The translations under genes and the position numbers were made by a program. From assembly GCA_034439575.1 (NCBI GenBank), contig JAWXAQ010000030.1, positions 1 to 64,000 of the forward strand: a stretch of 64,000 nucleotides of DNA, read 5' to 3'. The stretch comes from Leptospira sp. GTDB lineage: Bacteria > Spirochaetota > Leptospiria > Leptospirales > Leptospiraceae. Below, piece by piece: positions 62,533 to 64,000 of the stretch. Position 1 is the first letter of the stretch. Each line of letters opens with the position of its first letter. Below the pieces are notes generated by a model. It was not told the origin of the DNA, made no database searches, and saw only the letters and a program-made list of their open reading frames with translations.

Positions 62533-64000
62533 TCACAAAACTTCTAGTTTCTACATCTACATTTTTATTCCCATCAAAACGTATGACTTGCATAGCACCC
62601 ATACCATAACCCATTGGACCTCGACTATAATAATGCGCTTCCAATTTATACGGAAAGGCTTTGGGATTTAAAATTCGAAAACATTCAGGGCCATAACCTC
62701 CAGTCAAATCAGCATACAAGGCACCACCGGATGCAAGTTCTTTGGAGCTGTAAAAAGCATGTTGCTTGTCTTTATCATAGATGTGAAAGTCAACATCATT
62801 GGCATCTGTTTCCCAAACTAAAATAAATCGTATTTCATTTCCCAATTTTTTAATTTTGATATTTTTTAATTTTTCAGGACTTGGTAATTTTTTGTCCTTA
62901 TCTATGTTTGATATAGAATATAACAAATCCAAATCATCATAAAAAATATCATGCACATTGCTAAATCGACTTGGGAAACTACGATTTAAACCTAAGATGA
63001 TTGTATCATAAGCTTTTAACCAATTTTGCGATTTCAAATAAGAGATAAATAACAAATGATAGGTGCTAGGATGGTCTGGCCTTTCGATCAGAGCCTTTTC
63101 AAAAGTATCAATTGCTTCATTGTACATAGCAATGGATAATAATTTTTCACCTGCCCATCTGCGAATATCAGCTCTCCTGGGAAAATAATCCACAAAGGAA
63201 GTATAAGACCTGACTGCATTTTTTCTATCTCCCAAAGCAAAATAACTGTCGCCAAGCGCAAGTAAGGCAAGTATATCTTCTGGCGACTCTTCCCGCCAAT
63301 CTTTCGCAAACTTTAAGGCTTTTAAATTTTCACCAGCATGAAGATAGGAATAAAATTTCTTTAGATTTCCTTGGTAGGGATCAATTTTTTCTCTTTTTTC
63401 TGTTTCATTCACATTATTTGCGTTAACGGGACGTGAATCCAAGGCAAATTGATTTCTAGTGGGTGGCACCACAGTATCAGTCGTAATTCTTTGCGGAACC
63501 ACTTCTTCATTTTTGATTCCTTCTGTGTCCGTGTTTACCTCCGCACTCGGAACGGCTAAATTAAGTCTGTCATCAGCAAATGAATCTTTCATTCCATTCG
63601 GGGCATTATTTACTGATTCAGTTTTTTTAGATTCTCGAATTGATTCTGATTCCTTTTGTTTTTCACTCTCCTGCCTCCTTCGATTATTATCTGCACGTAC
63701 TGCATCTCTTTTTTCGCGATTTTCTGGAGCCAAAAAATCATAACCGACTAATTCTTTTCTATTTAAAATCTCAATTCCACTAAGTCCAATAGTCATAATG
63801 TCTGTTAGGGCATTGCGAGTGATTTGAAATCTATCATAATCATCAGCGGTTTCTAAAACCAAAAAGGATGTGAGTGGACATTGAATACGATGAGCTGAAG
63901 AAAGTTGAATTGCTTGTAACTTCATCCCATTCGCAATATCTTTGTTTGTTTCCTTTTCTGCTATGTCCAATAAATTTTTAATTCTTGCGGCTGTTACTTC
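62489..64000 (-). CDS. 3' part of a TPR plus DUF2135/YfaP-like domain protein (continues beyond the window)
   Basis: Frame is open to the window edge; TPR-like LLALGDSY...; C-terminal LVWETDANDVDFH...ADLTGGYGPE...YYSRGPMG. Confidence 0.85.
   Translation of the reverse strand, partial: EVTAARIKNLLDIAEKETNKDIANGMKLQAIQLSSAHRIQCPLTSFLVLETADDYDRFQITRNALTDIMTIGLSGIEILNRKELVGYDFLAPENREKRDAVRADNNRRRQESEKQKESESIRESKKTESVNNAPNGMKDSFADDRLNLAVPSAEVNTDTEGIKNEEVVPQRITTDTVVPPTRNQFALDSRPVNANNVNETEKREKIDPYQGNLKKFYSYLHAGENLKALKFAKDWREESPEDILALLALGDSYFALGDRKNAVRSYTSFVDYFPRRADIRRWAGEKLLSIAMYNEAIDTFEKALIERPDHPSTYHLLFISYLKSQNWLKAYDTIILGLNRSFPSRFSNVHDIFYDDLDLLYSISNIDKDKKLPSPEKLKNIKIKKLGNEIRFILVWETDANDVDFHIYDKDKQHAFYSSKELASGGALYADLTGGYGPECFRILNPKAFPYKLEAHYYSRGPMGYGMGAMQVIRFDGNKNVDVETRSFVIMNDGAYIDLGTVK

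Overview
AT-rich chromosomal segment, most likely from a Leptospira species (spirochaete-type lipoprotein signals, a LipL46-like protein, Leptospira-style gene order). Most of it is housekeeping: mqo; gap-pgk-tpiA-secG; a minus-strand run rpsF-ssb-rpsR-rplI-dnaB-aspS-phoH-7TM/HD-ybeY-recO-argS-cinA; ychF; kefG-kefB; a cyclophilin; several signalling proteins. I see no rRNA, tRNA, CRISPR array or intact transposase. Five things stand out. (1) A small, very basic ORF at 62344 has an intrinsic-terminator-like hairpin inside its coding sequence, so it would give a stop-less mRNA. This is the architecture of the tmRNA-regulated ribosome-rescue factors ArfA/BrfA, making it a candidate new spirochaete rescue factor. 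(2) A tightly coupled operon encodes a cysteine desulfurase, a membrane-anchored CHAT (caspase-like) protease, an exported protein, an ECF sigma factor and a possible anti-sigma. (3) A cluster of structured non-coding elements lies upstream of gap: an IS3-like end remnant, a Flavo-1-like motif, and two inverted-repeat-bounded units with GGA-loop hairpins. (4) A DJ-1/PfpI lipoprotein gene is interrupted by one in-frame TGA. (5) A cupredoxin-like/DinB/DedA-ATP-grasp/DoxX/hydrolase cluster has no known function. All family calls come from motif recognition by eye; no database search was run.
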